Shown here in pieces: positions 28,841 through 40,500 of a stretch of DNA of 64,000 nucleotides. The notes under the pieces are model-generated. The model saw nothing but the letters and a program-made list of their open reading frames with translations. It did not search any database and was not told the DNA's origin. The DNA is taken from contig CAWEKG010000002.1 of assembly GCA_963809595.1 (NCBI GenBank), positions 724,713 through 788,712 of the forward strand, in the 5' to 3' direction. Position 1 is the stretch's first letter; each line of letters opens with the position of its first letter. The position numbers and the translations under genes are program-made. The DNA is from an uncultured Chloroflexia bacterium. Lineage in GTDB: Bacteria > Chloroflexota > Limnocylindria > Limnocylindrales > CSP1-4.

Positions 28841-29974
28841 TCAGCCCCGGGCGCCGCCGGGACCCCAGCCGGTCGCCGGCACGAGGTCGAGCGATCGGCC
28901 CTCGGCTCCGCGAAGCCAGGTACGGGCGTTCTCGCCGAGGGCCGGCCGGTAGTAGCCGCCCTCCTGGAGGATCACCAGGCGCCGGCCGAGCGCGGCCACC
29001 CGGCGCCCGACCTCGTGGTAGACCGAGGTCGTCAGGGCGAAGTCGCAGATCGGGTCCTGGCCGTAGGTGTCGAACCCGAGCGAGACGACCACGACCGAGC
29101 CCTTCGTCCCGGCGATCGCCTCCACCGCCCGGTCGAGGACGGCCAGGTAGCGGAGGTCGTCGACCCCCGCCTCGAGCGGCAGGTTGAGGTTCGCGCCCGC
29201 CCCGGGGCCCTCCCCGGTCTCGTCGGCATGGCCCAGGAAGTACGGGTACTGGCGATCCGGGTCGGCGTGGATCGAGACGTACAGGACATCGCCCCGGCGC
29301 CAGAAGATCTGCTGGGTCCCGTTGCCGTGGTGGTAGTCGAGATCGAGGACCGCCACCGGCTCCCCGGTCCGGCGGACGATCGCCTGGACCGCGATCGCGG
29401 CGTTGTTGAAGAAGCAGTAGCCCCCGTACATCGCCCGGGCGGCGTGATGACCCGGGGGTCGGCACAGGCCGTAGGCGGCCGTCTGCCCACCCTCGAGGAC
29501 GAGGTCGACGGCGCTGAGCGCCACGTCGACCGCCCCGCGCGCGGCGAGGTACGTCCCGGGGACGATCGGGGTCGAGGTGTCGAGCGCCCAGCGGGCGGCC
29601 CGGCCACCGGCGGCCTGCGGCTCCCGGACCGGTCGGCCGGGCCCCTCCGTCCGACCGTCCCCGGAGCCGATCCCCTCGAACAGGGCGGTGACCGCGAACA
29701 TCTCGGGGATGAGCGCCCCGTGCTTCCCGCCGTCCCGTCGATAGGCCGGCCAGGCCTCCTCCAGGAAGCGGACGAGCCCGGGATCGTGGACCGCCAGGAT
29801 CGGGTCGAGACCGTGCTCGGTCGGCGCCACCAGCTCGAAGCCGCCGTCGGCCGCCAGGGCCGCCCGGATGATCTCGGCCCGCTCGGCCACCTCGTTGGCC
29901 GGGACGGGCACCCCGAGGATGGTCTCGCTGACGATGTCGTGACCGAGGTGGGCGGGCGTGTAGACGGCGCGCAT
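28841..29974 (-). CDS. histone deacetylase-family amidohydrolase (acetylpolyamine/acetoin-utilisation type)
   Basis: [36 protein letters not shown] and EGGY. Confidence 0.85.
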   Translation of the reverse strand: MRAVYTPAHLGHDIVSETILGVPVPANEVAERAEIIRAALAADGGFELVAPTEHGLDPILAVHDPGLVRFLEEAWPAYRRDGGKHGALIPEMFAVTALFEGIGSGDGRTEGPGRPVREPQAAGGRAARWALDTSTPIVPGTYLAARGAVDVALSAVDLVLEGGQTAAYGLCRPPGHHAARAMYGGYCFFNNAAIAVQAIVRRTGEPVAVLDLDYHHGNGTQQIFWRRGDVLYVSIHADPDRQYPYFLGHADETGEGPGAGANLNLPLEAGVDDLRYLAVLDRAVEAIAGTKGSVVVVSLGFDTYGQDPICDFALTTSVYHEVGRRVAALGRRLVILQEGGYYRPALGENARTWLRGAEGRSLDLVPATGWGPGGARG

Positions 29975-30018
29975 GCGATCCTCCGGGCGTCGCGGGTCGT
30001 GACCGCGTCTGGAGGATG

Positions 30019-30936
30019 CTACTCGTCGGCCAGGCCGAGGATGAGCGCGGCCAGCTCCGCCGGTCGGTAACGGGGCAGGTTGTGGCCGTCGGCCGGGAAC
30101 CGGACGACCTCGATCGGCCGGAGCCCGCCGGTCCGCCGGACGGCGTCGAGCTCGGCCAGGGCGGCCGTCTTCGCCCGGTCCTCGTCCTCGACCGCGACGA
30201 CCACCACGACCGGCAGGTCCAGGCGCCCCAGGGTCGACGCCGGTCGGTAGGCGAACATCGCCTCGATCGAGCGCTCCAGGGCGTGCGGACGGACCGCCGG
30301 GAGGAGGTGCCCGGCCGGGACCTCGACCACGGTGGCCCGGGCGGCCCGCTCCTCGTCCGGGCCCCAGCTGGCAGGGTCCCAGGCGCGGCGGTCGGCCAGG
30401 AAGGCGTCCATCGAGCCGAGGACCTCGGGCGGCTCGGCGAGGTCCCGGGTGAATTCGCCCGGAGTCAGGCCGGTCTCCATCGCGACGTCCTGCCAGCCGC
30501 CGTCCACGAGGATGAGCCCGGCACAGCGCGGTCCGAGCTCGGCGGCCGCCCAGGCCGCGACGATCCCGCCGAAGCCATGACCGGCCAGCACGATCCGCCG
30601 AGCCGGCAGGGCCGGGTCGTCGTCGCCGGCCGCCAGGAGCCCCGATCCCTCGGCCACCGCCGCGACGTCGCCGGCCAGCGAGGCAGGCTCGTAGGCGCCC
30701 GTCGGCGCATCCGAGAGACCGTGCCCGCGCAGGTCGAGCGCGACGGTCGGGCGCGAGCGGCGGAGACGACGGGCCACCGCCGTCCAGCTCCAGGCCGTCG
30801 ACGAGAGCCCGTGGACGAGGAGGACCCCGTCGCCGTCGCCCGATCCGCCCCAGTCCAGGAAGTGGATCCGCTCCCCCGGCGCCACCTCCACCACGTACCC
30901 GGCGGGCTCGGCGGCGTCGTCGGGCTGCGGGTCCAT
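30019..30936 (-). CDS. alpha/beta hydrolase
   Basis: LLVHGLSSTAWSW, nucleophile elbow LAGHGFGG, and C-terminal ...GHNLP. Confidence 0.75.
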   Translation of the reverse strand: MDPQPDDAAEPAGYVVEVAPGERIHFLDWGGSGDGDGVLLVHGLSSTAWSWTAVARRLRRSRPTVALDLRGHGLSDAPTGAYEPASLAGDVAAVAEGSGLLAAGDDDPALPARRIVLAGHGFGGIVAAWAAAELGPRCAGLILVDGGWQDVAMETGLTPGEFTRDLAEPPEVLGSMDAFLADRRAWDPASWGPDEERAARATVVEVPAGHLLPAVRPHALERSIEAMFAYRPASTLGRLDLPVVVVVAVEDEDRAKTAALAELDAVRRTGGLRPIEVVRFPADGHNLPRYRPAELAALILGLADE

Positions 30937-30956
30937 CGGCCTAGGATACGTTCGCC

Positions 30957-31379
30957 ATGGTCAAACGCCGCCGCGGGTCCCGCGCCGCCTATCGCCGGGT
31001 CGCCGTCGGCCGGGACCGCTTCGAGCGCCTCGTGGAACGAGCCCTCGACGGCATCCCGGCGCCGTTCCGGGCCGCCCTCGCCGAGGTCGCCATCGTCATC
31101 GAGGACGAGGCCACGCCCGACCAGCTCGAGGTCGCGGACGTCGACGCGGCCGACCCCGAGGACGCGCTCTACGGGCTCTACGAGGGGACGCCGCGGACGG
31201 AGTGGGGTGCCGATGCCGTCCCCTTCCCGAACCGGATCAGCCTCTTCCGGATCCCCCTCGAGGAGGACTTCCCGGATCCCGACGACCTGGCCGAGGAGGT
31301 CCGGATCACGGTCATCCACGAGCTCGCCCATCACCTCGGGATCGACGACGACCGTCTCGAGGAGCTCGGCCTCGACTGA
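30957..31379 (+). CDS. small zincin-like metallopeptidase family protein
   Basis: ITVIHELAHHLGIDDDRLEELG at the C-terminus, and LYGLYEG. Confidence 0.75.
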   Translation: MVKRRRGSRAAYRRVAVGRDRFERLVERALDGIPAPFRAALAEVAIVIEDEATPDQLEVADVDAADPEDALYGLYEGTPRTEWGADAVPFPNRISLFRIPLEEDFPDPDDLAEEVRITVIHELAHHLGIDDDRLEELGLD

Positions 31380-31388
31380 CCGGCCGGG

Positions 31389-32429
31389 TCAGTGGACGGC
31401 GCTGCCGATCGCGACCAGGGAGAGGATCGCGCCGGCGATCGCGCCGGCGACCATGACCCGGCCGACCGGGACGGGCCGGGCCGGACGAGGCCCGTCGGCC
31501 GCGCTGTCGCGGGCCCGGTCGAGCCCGCCCGAGTAACCGGTCAAGCCGAGGAACGACACGATCTGGGGGGCGGCGGTCAGGGCCAGGATCGTGAAACTCA
31601 GGGTCCAGTAGGCGAACACGGCGACGAGGACGCCGGCCCCGGCGACGACGAGGCCGCCGAGAGTGCTCGGGTCGAGCCGTTCGAGCTGCCCCCGGAGGGG
31701 CTCGAGCAGGCGGACCGCGAGGTCGAGCCCGGTGAGGGCCGCGATGATCAGGACGTACTGGGTCACGACCGCGAAGATCGAGCACATCAGGGCGAGCCGG
31801 AAGCGCGCCCTGGCCAGACGAACGGACCGTCGGATCGCCTCGCCGGCGCCCACATCCCCGAGGACGACGCCGACGGGGACGTAGACCAGCGGGGCCACGA
31901 TCACCCCGGTCAGCAGGTTCGCGCTGACCGAGCTGGCATCGCCGACCGGGCCGAACACCAGGAGCGTCGCCAGCGAGATCAGCGACGACACGATGCCCGT
32001 CACGAAGCCGACCCCGACGATCGCCCAGAAGGCCCGCCAGAAGATCGAGCGCGAGCGACGCAGCGCCTCCCAGAGCGAGAGCGGTCGACCCACCCGGGCG
32101 CCGCCGAGGATCGAGATCGCCACGATCTGGGCCTCGATCCCGACGGCCACCGCGCCGACCAGGCCGATCCCCCAGGCGAGGACGAGCGCTCCCGACGGGC
32201 CTGGGCCGGTGAGCCGGCCGGATCCCGAGACCGTGAGCCGGGGGATCTCGGCGATGGTGGCGATGGCCGCCGGGCCCATGACCAGGAGGCCGAGGGTGCC
32301 GATGTACAGGGCGCCGTCGCGGATCCTCAGCCGGGCCTGGGTCAACAGGTCGAAGGCGCCGGACAGGACCGCGCCGACCCGCGGCCAGGCCGGCGCCGGA
32401 CGGGCGGCGAGCGGGGTCGCCGGGTCCAT
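31389..32429 (-). CDS. polytopic membrane protein, function unknown
   Basis: The start ATG 32429 shares one nt with the upstream stop (TGATG). There are six or more hydrophobic helices. Confidence 0.6.
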   Translation of the reverse strand: MDPATPLAARPAPAWPRVGAVLSGAFDLLTQARLRIRDGALYIGTLGLLVMGPAAIATIAEIPRLTVSGSGRLTGPGPSGALVLAWGIGLVGAVAVGIEAQIVAISILGGARVGRPLSLWEALRRSRSIFWRAFWAIVGVGFVTGIVSSLISLATLLVFGPVGDASSVSANLLTGVIVAPLVYVPVGVVLGDVGAGEAIRRSVRLARARFRLALMCSIFAVVTQYVLIIAALTGLDLAVRLLEPLRGQLERLDPSTLGGLVVAGAGVLVAVFAYWTLSFTILALTAAPQIVSFLGLTGYSGGLDRARDSAADGPRPARPVPVGRVMVAGAIAGAILSLVAIGSAVH

Positions 32430-33458
32430 CAGCCGGCCGGTGCGGCCAGTGGCGCCGCCATCTCGAGCAGCTCGCCGAGCCGGTCGACGGCGACGTTCCC
32501 GCCCGAGCCGATGACGCAGACCCGCTCGCCGTCGCGGATCGGGACCCGGCCGAGGAGGACCGCCGCGAGGGCGGCCGCACCGGCCGGCTCGAGGACCTGC
32601 TTCATCCGCTCCAGGCCGAAGCGGACCCCGGCCAGGATCGACGGATCGTCGAGCAGGATCATCCCGTCGACGTAGCGCCGGCACATGGCCAGCGTCCACT
32701 CGCCGGCGAACGGCGCACCCAGGCCGTCGGCCACGCTCGTCGGGGTGATCGTCACCGGATGTCCCGCGGCGAGGGCCCGGGTCATCGCATCCGAACCCTC
32801 GGGCTCGACGCCGTAGACCCGGACCGAGGGCCGGCGCTCCTTGAGGGCCGCGGCCAACCCTGAGATCATCCCGCCGCCGCCCACCCCGGCCACCACGACA
32901 TCGACGTCGGGCAGGTCGTCGAGGACCTCCAGACCCAGGCTGCCGTGCCCGGCGATCACCTCGGGATCGTCGAACGGGTGGCAGAAGACGAGGCCACGCT
33001 CACGCTCGATCTGGTGCAGCCGCTCGAGGGTCTCGCCGACGTGGGCGCCGAAGAGGATCACCTCGGCACCGTAGCCCAGGCAGGCCTCGACCTTCGTCCG
33101 AACGGCGGCAGCCGGCATGACGACCGTGGTCCGGACCCCGAGCCGCCCGCCCGCCCAGGCGTAGGCCTGGGCGGCGTTCCCGGCCGACAGGGTGATGATC
33201 CCCCGTTCGTGGGCGGCGGCATCGAGCGAGCCGACCTTCCAGGTCATGCCCCGGACCTTGTACGAGCCGGTCGGCTGGAGATGCTCCGCCTTGAGGTGGA
33301 GCCGGCCGTCCCCGAGACGGATCCCAGTGGCGGCCTCGACGATCCGGGCCGCGGTCGAGGAGCCGAGCATCGGCGTCGGACGCAGACGCGTCGCGACCAG
33401 CTCGCGGGCTTCGACGATCCGGGCGAGCGGCACGAAGTGGTCGGTCACCGCGGCAGTA
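32429..33458 (-). CDS. PLP-dependent threonine/serine dehydratase (threonine ammonia-lyase family, short form)
   Basis: PLP-lysine motif HLQPTGSYKVRG, then SAGNAAQA and glycine loop GVGGGGMISG. The start is taken at GTG 33458 (VTDHFVPL). Confidence 0.85.
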
Positions 33459-33505
33459 TCGCAGGTCGTCGACGCGGCTCGGGGTCCTCCGGCCAAGGAC
33501 TTGCG

Positions 33506-33519
33506 TGGTTGCGCAACCA
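33506..33519. promoter_or_regulatory. perfect 14-nt palindrome, candidate ArsR/SmtB operator
   Basis: TGGTTGCGCAACCA lies 17 nt upstream of the ArsR-family gene start, in the divergent intergenic region. Confidence 0.45.
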
Positions 33520-33535
33520 GTGATACGTTAGGGGC

Positions 33536-33835
33536 ATGTTGGAGACCGCGGCCGCCTCGAGCGACACGGACCGACTGCGGTTCGCCGCCGTCGGCCGCGC
33601 CCTCGCCGACCCCAAGCGACTGTGCGTCCTCGAGTCGCTCGCCGCCGGCGAGCTCTCGGTGGGCGACCTCTCGACCCGGGTCGGCTGCCAGGTCCCCAAC
33701 ATGAGCCAGCATCTCGCGGTGCTCCGCTCAGCCGGGTTGGTGACGACCCGACGGGAGGGCAGCACCGTCTACTATCGCCTCACCGACCCACGGGTCCTCG
33801 AGGCGTACCGACTCATCCAGACGATCGCCCGGTAG
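33536..33835 (+). CDS. ArsR/SmtB family transcriptional regulator
   Basis: LADPKRLCVLESLAAGELSVGDLSTRVGCQVPNMSQHLAVLRSAGLV. Confidence 0.88.
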   Translation: MLETAAASSDTDRLRFAAVGRALADPKRLCVLESLAAGELSVGDLSTRVGCQVPNMSQHLAVLRSAGLVTTRREGSTVYYRLTDPRVLEAYRLIQTIAR

Positions 33836-33908
33836 GGCGAGACGAACGGCGGCCGATCCGCCGGGCGTTCGTGGTCCCGCACGACGCGGGAGAAAGGATC
33901 CGGGCCCG

Positions 33909-34265
33909 ATGGCCGAGATCAAGGCAGTGACCGACGCCACCTTCGAGGAGGCCGTCCTCAAGAACGAGCGCCCGGTCGTCGTGGACTTCTGGGCGACCTG
34001 GTGCGGCCCGTGCAAGATGGTCGCGCCGGAGATGGAGAAGATCGCCGCGAAGTACGACGGCAAGGTCGACGTCGTCAAGGTGGACGTGGACGCCAATCCC
34101 GGCCTGTCGCGGGCGTTCAACATCATGAGCATCCCGACGATCGCCTTCTTCAAGCCGGGTGCCCAGCCCCAGGGCGTCGTCGGCTTCCGACCGATGGAGC
34201 AGCTCGAGGCGCAGTTCGGCCTGGCCGAGTTCGCCGCGGCGCCGGTCGCCGAACCGCAGGCCTGA
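33909..34265 (+). CDS. trxA: thioredoxin
   Basis: VVVDFWATWCGPCKMVAP; 118 aa. Confidence 0.95.
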   Translation: MAEIKAVTDATFEEAVLKNERPVVVDFWATWCGPCKMVAPEMEKIAAKYDGKVDVVKVDVDANPGLSRAFNIMSIPTIAFFKPGAQPQGVVGFRPMEQLEAQFGLAEFAAAPVAEPQA

Positions 34266-34305
34266 TCGCCCGGCGGGCCCTGCCCGCTTCGCCGATATCG
34301 GACCG

Positions 34306-34328
34306 AGACCCCGGCGCTCCCGGGGTCT
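34306..34328. terminator. GC-rich hairpin between convergent genes
   Basis: AGACCCCGG-cgctc-CCGGGGTCT: 9 bp stem, 5-nt loop, followed by tc on the + strand. It lies 40 nt after the trxA stop and 30 nt after the convergent gene's stop. Confidence 0.5.
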
Positions 34329-34357
34329 TCGCTCGTCCGGGAGGTCCCGGCGCGGTC

Positions 34358-34681
34358 TCAGGCCTCGACGCCGCCGGCGCCGCGCCAGGCGCTGACCAGC
34401 CAGGCCGTCGCCCGGTCGATGGCGTGACCGTCGACGATCGCCGGGCCGAGGGTCACCCAGCCCCTGCCCCGCAGCGACCGACCGGTGTCCGGGGTCCGGA
34501 GGGCCGCCTCGGCGACCGGCGGCGAGAGCCGGAACGAGGCCGCCCCGCCACCGGCCTCCACGACCGCGAAGACGACGTCGCGGTGGCGGTACTCGACGGC
34601 GCCGTCGGTCGTCTCGAGCAGGACGATCCCGCTCAGGTCGCCGGCGGCCGCGGCGAGCGCCTCGGCCAGGGTCAGGCTCAC
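34358..34681 (-). CDS. hypothetical protein (107 aa)
   Basis: The ORF has an ATGA overlap with the upstream DinB-like gene and non-junk composition. I recognise no family. Confidence 0.5.
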   Translation of the reverse strand: MSLTLAEALAAAAGDLSGIVLLETTDGAVEYRHRDVVFAVVEAGGGAASFRLSPPVAEAALRTPDTGRSLRGRGWVTLGPAIVDGHAIDRATAWLVSAWRGAGGVEA

Positions 34682-35160
34682 CCCCGGCCGGCCGCCGCCA
34701 GGACCGCCGCGAGGTCGGCGAGGTGGGCCTCGTAGTGGTCGATCGTCTCGGTCAGGAAGAACTCCTCGTACTCGGCGTTCTTCAACCAGCGCGTCTCGGG
34801 GACCACGGTCAGATAGCCACGCAGCTCGCCGGGCACGGTCCGGTAGCGGCGCCGGACCTCGTCCATCGGGAGGGCCAGCCAGGTCAGCCGGATCTCCTCG
34901 TTGAGGTCGTCGCCGCGGGCGTCCCAGTCGGCGTCGGAGGCCACCTTGGCCGGGCTCGTCTCGCCCACGGCGAGCTCCCGGGCGACCTCGAGGCCCACCT
35001 CCAGCCAGGCCGCGAGGTGGGCCATCAGGTCGCGACCGGACCAGCCGTGGGCGGCCGCCAGCGGCGTCGAGAGCTCGGCATCGGTCAGCTCGGCGAGGAC
35101 CTCGTAGGGTCGCCAGCCGTCGCGCTCGTCCTCGAGGAACGAGAGGGCATCAAGGTACAT
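34678..35160 (-). CDS. DinB/mycothiol-dependent-enzyme-like four-helix-bundle protein
   Basis: The start is ATG 35160 (MYLDALSF). His-containing helices (DLMAHLAAWLE and ETIDHYEAHLADL) are typical of DinB_2-like proteins. The family call is tentative. Confidence 0.55.
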   Translation of the reverse strand: MYLDALSFLEDERDGWRPYEVLAELTDAELSTPLAAAHGWSGRDLMAHLAAWLEVGLEVARELAVGETSPAKVASDADWDARGDDLNEEIRLTWLALPMDEVRRRYRTVPGELRGYLTVVPETRWLKNAEYEEFFLTETIDHYEAHLADLAAVLAAAGRG

Positions 35161-35225
35161 CGGGGCTCCTCTGGGCTCGGAAGGGCGATGGTACCGCGCG
35201 CGATCGCGTCCGGCGCCGTCCGGGC

Positions 35226-36983
<1,758 letters not shown>

Positions 36984-37023
36984 GGCCGCGACGATAGCAC
37001 GGGGTCCCGCGCCGACGGAGCCC

Positions 37024-37608
37024 TCAGCGGAAGGCGTCCAGGGCGGCCTGGATCTCGGCGTCGGTCAAGTCGGCGGCGAGGGCCACCCGGACCTGGCCCT
37101 TGCCGGGGCCCGGCCAGACGAGGATCCGCTGGAACGACTCGCCGTTGAGGAAGTCGAGGCGATAACCGGTCAGGTCGCCGACCCGGAGGTCCTTTTGGAC
37201 GATGTCGTGGACGTGGGCGGTATCCGCCCGGGCACCGGCCAGGTACGAATCGAACATCGTCTTCGCCGTCAGGCCATCGGCCTCGAAGGTCACCAGGCTG
37301 ACTGCCTTGCCGCTCCCGCGGTCCCACGTCCCGGCGCCGAAGCGGGCCTCGCCGATACCGCTCTCCGCCAGGGCGCCGAGCGAGGCCTTCGAGCAGTAGC
37401 GACCCGATTCGAGGACGCTCGGCGGGAGACCCGAGATCGTGGTCGGGACCGTCATCTCGAGCTCGGGGAAGGCGCCCGCCATGCGCTGCTCGTCGACGCC
37501 GCCGCACGGCGCCGTGGGGTCGAACGAGGGGGGCGACGCCCCGCCGACGCAGGCCGCGGCGGTCAGCAGGACGGCCGCGACAAGGGCGACCAGACGACGA
37601 GGGATCAT
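37024..37608 (-). CDS. putative lipoprotein
   Basis: [20 protein letters not shown] is a signal peptide with a lipobox. Confidence 0.7.
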   Translation of the reverse strand: MIPRRLVALVAAVLLTAAACVGGASPPSFDPTAPCGGVDEQRMAGAFPELEMTVPTTISGLPPSVLESGRYCSKASLGALAESGIGEARFGAGTWDRGSGKAVSLVTFEADGLTAKTMFDSYLAGARADTAHVHDIVQKDLRVGDLTGYRLDFLNGESFQRILVWPGPGKGQVRVALAADLTDAEIQAALDAFR

Positions 37609-37993
37609 CGTCGGGGAATCTACCCCGGGCCGGCGGTCCGCGCCCCAGGGACCGCCTGCCCGGTGTCCGGGTGCACCTGGTACCCGCGTCCCGGAGTGGT
37701 GCGCCGACGCGCCCGACCATCGCCGCCCGCCCCGGGAACGAGTCGGCTATTCCCCATCGCCCCGTCGTCGGGTACCTTCAGGGCACGCCGTCGAGCGAGC
37801 CACGGGAACGTACCTGGGGCGTCGGTCACGGACCGGGGAAGCGCAGGACCTGAACGTCCAGGACCATCCAGGGCGAATGCCAGGGGCGGTCACCAAGGGC
37901 CCGGCGAACCCCGATCACGAGCCGAGCAACCATGAGTCATCGGCCGGCAGGCCCGAGTCTCGGAGCGACGGCAGGCCTCATCAGCCTTCATAC

Positions 37994-38074
37994 GGCGGGC
38001 GGCCCGGACATCGGGCCGCCGCCTCCATCACGATCTTCCGAACGATCGCCCCCGAGGGCACCGGGGGCGATCGT
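37994..38074 (-). terminator. two tandem strong hairpins downstream of the J-domain gene
   Basis: At 38042-38074: ACGATCGCCCCC-N9-GGGGGCGATCGT, a perfect 12-bp stem. At 37994-38023: GGCGGGCGGCCCG-loop-CGGGCCGCCGCC, with one bulge. There is no U-tract. Confidence 0.35.
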
Positions 38075-38136
38075 CATGTCCGGGTCCGCGTCCAGGCGGC
38101 CGACCCCTTAGCGGGGCCGCTCCGACGCGGGCCGGA

Positions 38137-38843
38137 TCAGTCGTGCGGCGGCCCCGGCGGGACCCGCGAGGGCCGGGACCGCCGCACGATCCCCCGGGCG
38201 TCCAGGTCCTCGCGGACGACCCGGGCGGCGGCGACCAGGTCCGGCTCGCGGAGCACGGTGGTCGCCAGCCAGTCGATGTACGACGGTTCGAAGGCCGCGA
38301 CTTCGCCCAGGGTATGGCCGTGGAACTTGCCGAAGCCCAGCATCGTCGCGTTGGCCGCCTCGAGCGACGGGGCGACCGGCGGCCGGAAGCGACGGACCCG
38401 CGACCGGACGAGCGGGCCGTTCGGGTCGGACGCCCGACGCGGGCCGGTGTCGCCGACGCGGGCTCGGATCGGCGGCTGTCCGGGCAGCGGATGAGCCTGC
38501 CCGTTCTCGCGTCGACTGGTGGTGGCGTTCCGCGGCCGGAGCACGTCGGTCGTGTCGAGACGGGCGGTCACCGGGCGGGTCGGCCGCGCCGCGGGTGGTC
38601 CGCCTCGCCGCCGATCAGTGGCCCCGGAGGAGGCGCCCTGGGCCTGTCCATTGCGCGAGACGAGCGTCTCGTAGGCGGTATTGATCTCGGCCATCCGACG
38701 GGTCGCCGCGCGGGCCGCGACGGCGTCCCCCCGGTGAGGTCCGGGTGGTGCTCCCGGGCCAGTCGTCGCCAGGCGGCCTTGACCCGGGCGGTCGACGAGC
38801 CGGGCTCCACGCCGAGGACGAGATACGGGTCGCGTCGCGTCAC
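38137..38843 (-). CDS. J-domain (DnaJ-like) protein, frameshifted in a homopolymer
   Basis: J domain DPYLVLGVEPGSSTARVKAAWRRLAREHHPDLTGG, then a frame switch to DAVAARAATRRMAEINTAYETL. The switch is at the C6 run 38727-38732 (G6 on the coding strand; G7 would restore the frame). The C-terminus has FGKFHGHTLGEVAAFEPSYIDWL. Confidence 0.7.
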
Positions 38844-38901
38844 GATCCGAGTCTAGCGGGGGTCGCTTGACAGGGCGGTCCGGCTGTCGTCCCCTTGGCT
38901 C

Positions 38902-39962
38902 ATGTCCACCATCCGACGGACGGGGATCGTCATCGGGCTCGCGGCGACCTCGGCGGCCGCGGCCGTCCGCTTCGCCCACGTCTACCGGGAGCGGGCCGGC
39001 TTCCCCCGCCGGCGGCCGCCCCGGTTCACCCCGGCCGTTTTCGGCCTGCCCTTCGAGGAGACGGTCGTGGCCTCGGCCGGGGGCGAGCTGCCGGCCTGGT
39101 TCATCCCGGCCGAGGGGGGCGCGTCAGGACCCGGGGTGCTCCTGGTGCACGGCTGGGACTCGGCCCGCGACCGGACCCTGCCCAACGCCGTCTTCCTCCA
39201 CGCCGCCGGGTTCCACTGCCTGACCTTCGATGTGCGTGGCAACGGGGCGAACCCGGCCGAGGAGCTGCCGCTCAGCGCCGGCGAGTTCGGGGCCGATGCG
39301 GCGGCCGGTTTCGATGCCCTGCTCGCCCGGCCCGAGGTGACGATCGGAGGCATCCTGGGTCACTCGATCGGCGGGGTCGGGGCGATCCTGGCCGCCGCCG
39401 CCGATCCGCGGGTCGCGGCCGTGGTCAGCGTGTCGGCCCCGGCCGATCCGCGGGCCATGGTCCGCCAGACCTTCCGGCTCGCCAGGCTGCCCATCCCCGG
39501 CCCGGTCGCCCAGCCGCTCGCCTGGCTGACGACCCGGGTCTATCTCCGGCCCCGCGGCCACCTCCTCCGGGAGATCAGCGCCCGGCACGCGGTGGTCCGT
39601 TACGAGGGTCCCCTCCTGGTCGCCCACGGCCGGGCGGATCCGGTCATGCCCGTCGCCCACGCCCGGCGGATCGCCGGCGCGGCCCTCGACGCCCGCCGGT
39701 CGACCGGGCGACCCGCCCCCGTGGAGCTCCTCATCGGCGACGAGGGCGGGCACAGCTGGCTGTACGAGGATCCCGACTTCCGCCGACGGTGGCCGCCTTC
39801 CTCGCCCGCGCCCTCGGCGGACCGCTCACCCCGGAGGCGGCCGGCGATGCCGCGGCGGCGGCCGATGCCCGACGGTTGCCCGAGCCGGAGGCGCCGCTGG
39901 TCGGCGACCGGGCGTCCTCGCCGGCCCTCGCCATGGTCGGCCGGTCGTCGCGCGAACCGTGA
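38902..39962 (+). CDS. alpha/beta hydrolase (membrane-anchored), frameshifted near the 3' end
   Basis: LLVHGWDSARD, nucleophile elbow ILGHSIGG, and HGRADPVMP...GGHSW. After ...YEDPDFR the frame switches (~39781-39788) to TVAAFLARALGGPLTPEAAG..., with the stop at 39962. Confidence 0.7.
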
Positions 39963-40481
39963 CGGCGTGGGACGCCGTCCGGTCGAGACGGGCGATCCGG
40001 ACGTTCGCGCCACGGCCGCTGGCGGAGACCGAGATCGAGCGGATCCTCGATGCCGGCCGCCATGCGGGCAGCTCGAAGAACCTCCAGCGTTGGGACTTCA
40101 TCGTGGTCCGCGACCGGGAGCGACTCGAGCAGCTCGCCGGAGTCGGCCCGTGGGCCGGTCACCTCGCCGGCGCCGCGGTCGGGATCGCCCTGATCACCCC
40201 GGATCCGCGAGGCTGCCGACGCTCCGCTCTCGGTCATGTTCGACCTGGGCCAGGTGGCCGCCAACATGCTGCTCGTCGCCTGGGAGCTCGGGATCGGCAG
40301 CGTGCCGGCGACCGTCTACGAGGCGGACCGCTGCCGGGCCATCCTGGGCTATCCGACGGACCGCCACTGCGAGTACATCCTGTCCTTCGGCTACCCGGCC
40401 GACCCCTCGAAGCTCAGCGCCCCGCCTCGCCCGGGGGGCCGCCGGCCGCTCGCCGGGATGGTCCGCGAGGAGCGCTGGTAG
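39959..40481 (+). CDS. nitroreductase family protein, frameshifted
   Basis: The GTG start overlaps the upstream stop (GTGA). The protein reads RRAIRTFAPRPL...ILDAGRHAGSSKNLQRWDFIVV. The frame switches at ~40208-40213 to AADAPLSVMFDLGQVAANMLLVAWELGIGS...SFGYPA. Confidence 0.7.
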
Positions 40482-40500
40482 CCGGGTCCCAGGGTCGGGC

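Noticed and set aside
37730-37960. Possible cobalamin riboswitch, given the B12-dependent mutase genes in the window (GGGAAC...CCCC...GCCCC stretch).
   Set aside because: I could not find a B12 box or the GCCACTG element, and the flanking genes are not cobalamin-related. Only a covariance-model scan could settle it.
37975-37985. CTGATGAG on the minus strand, reminiscent of a hammerhead ribozyme core.
   Set aside because: There is no matching GAAA core element and no flanking helices I-III. A single 8-mer match is expected by chance.
37994-38030. tmRNA-like 3' end (GCCGCCTCCATCA after a GC hairpin).
   Set aside because: It has no GGTTCGA-type T-loop and ends in CATCA rather than CCACCA. There is no upstream tag-peptide reading frame and no GGGG 5' end nearby.
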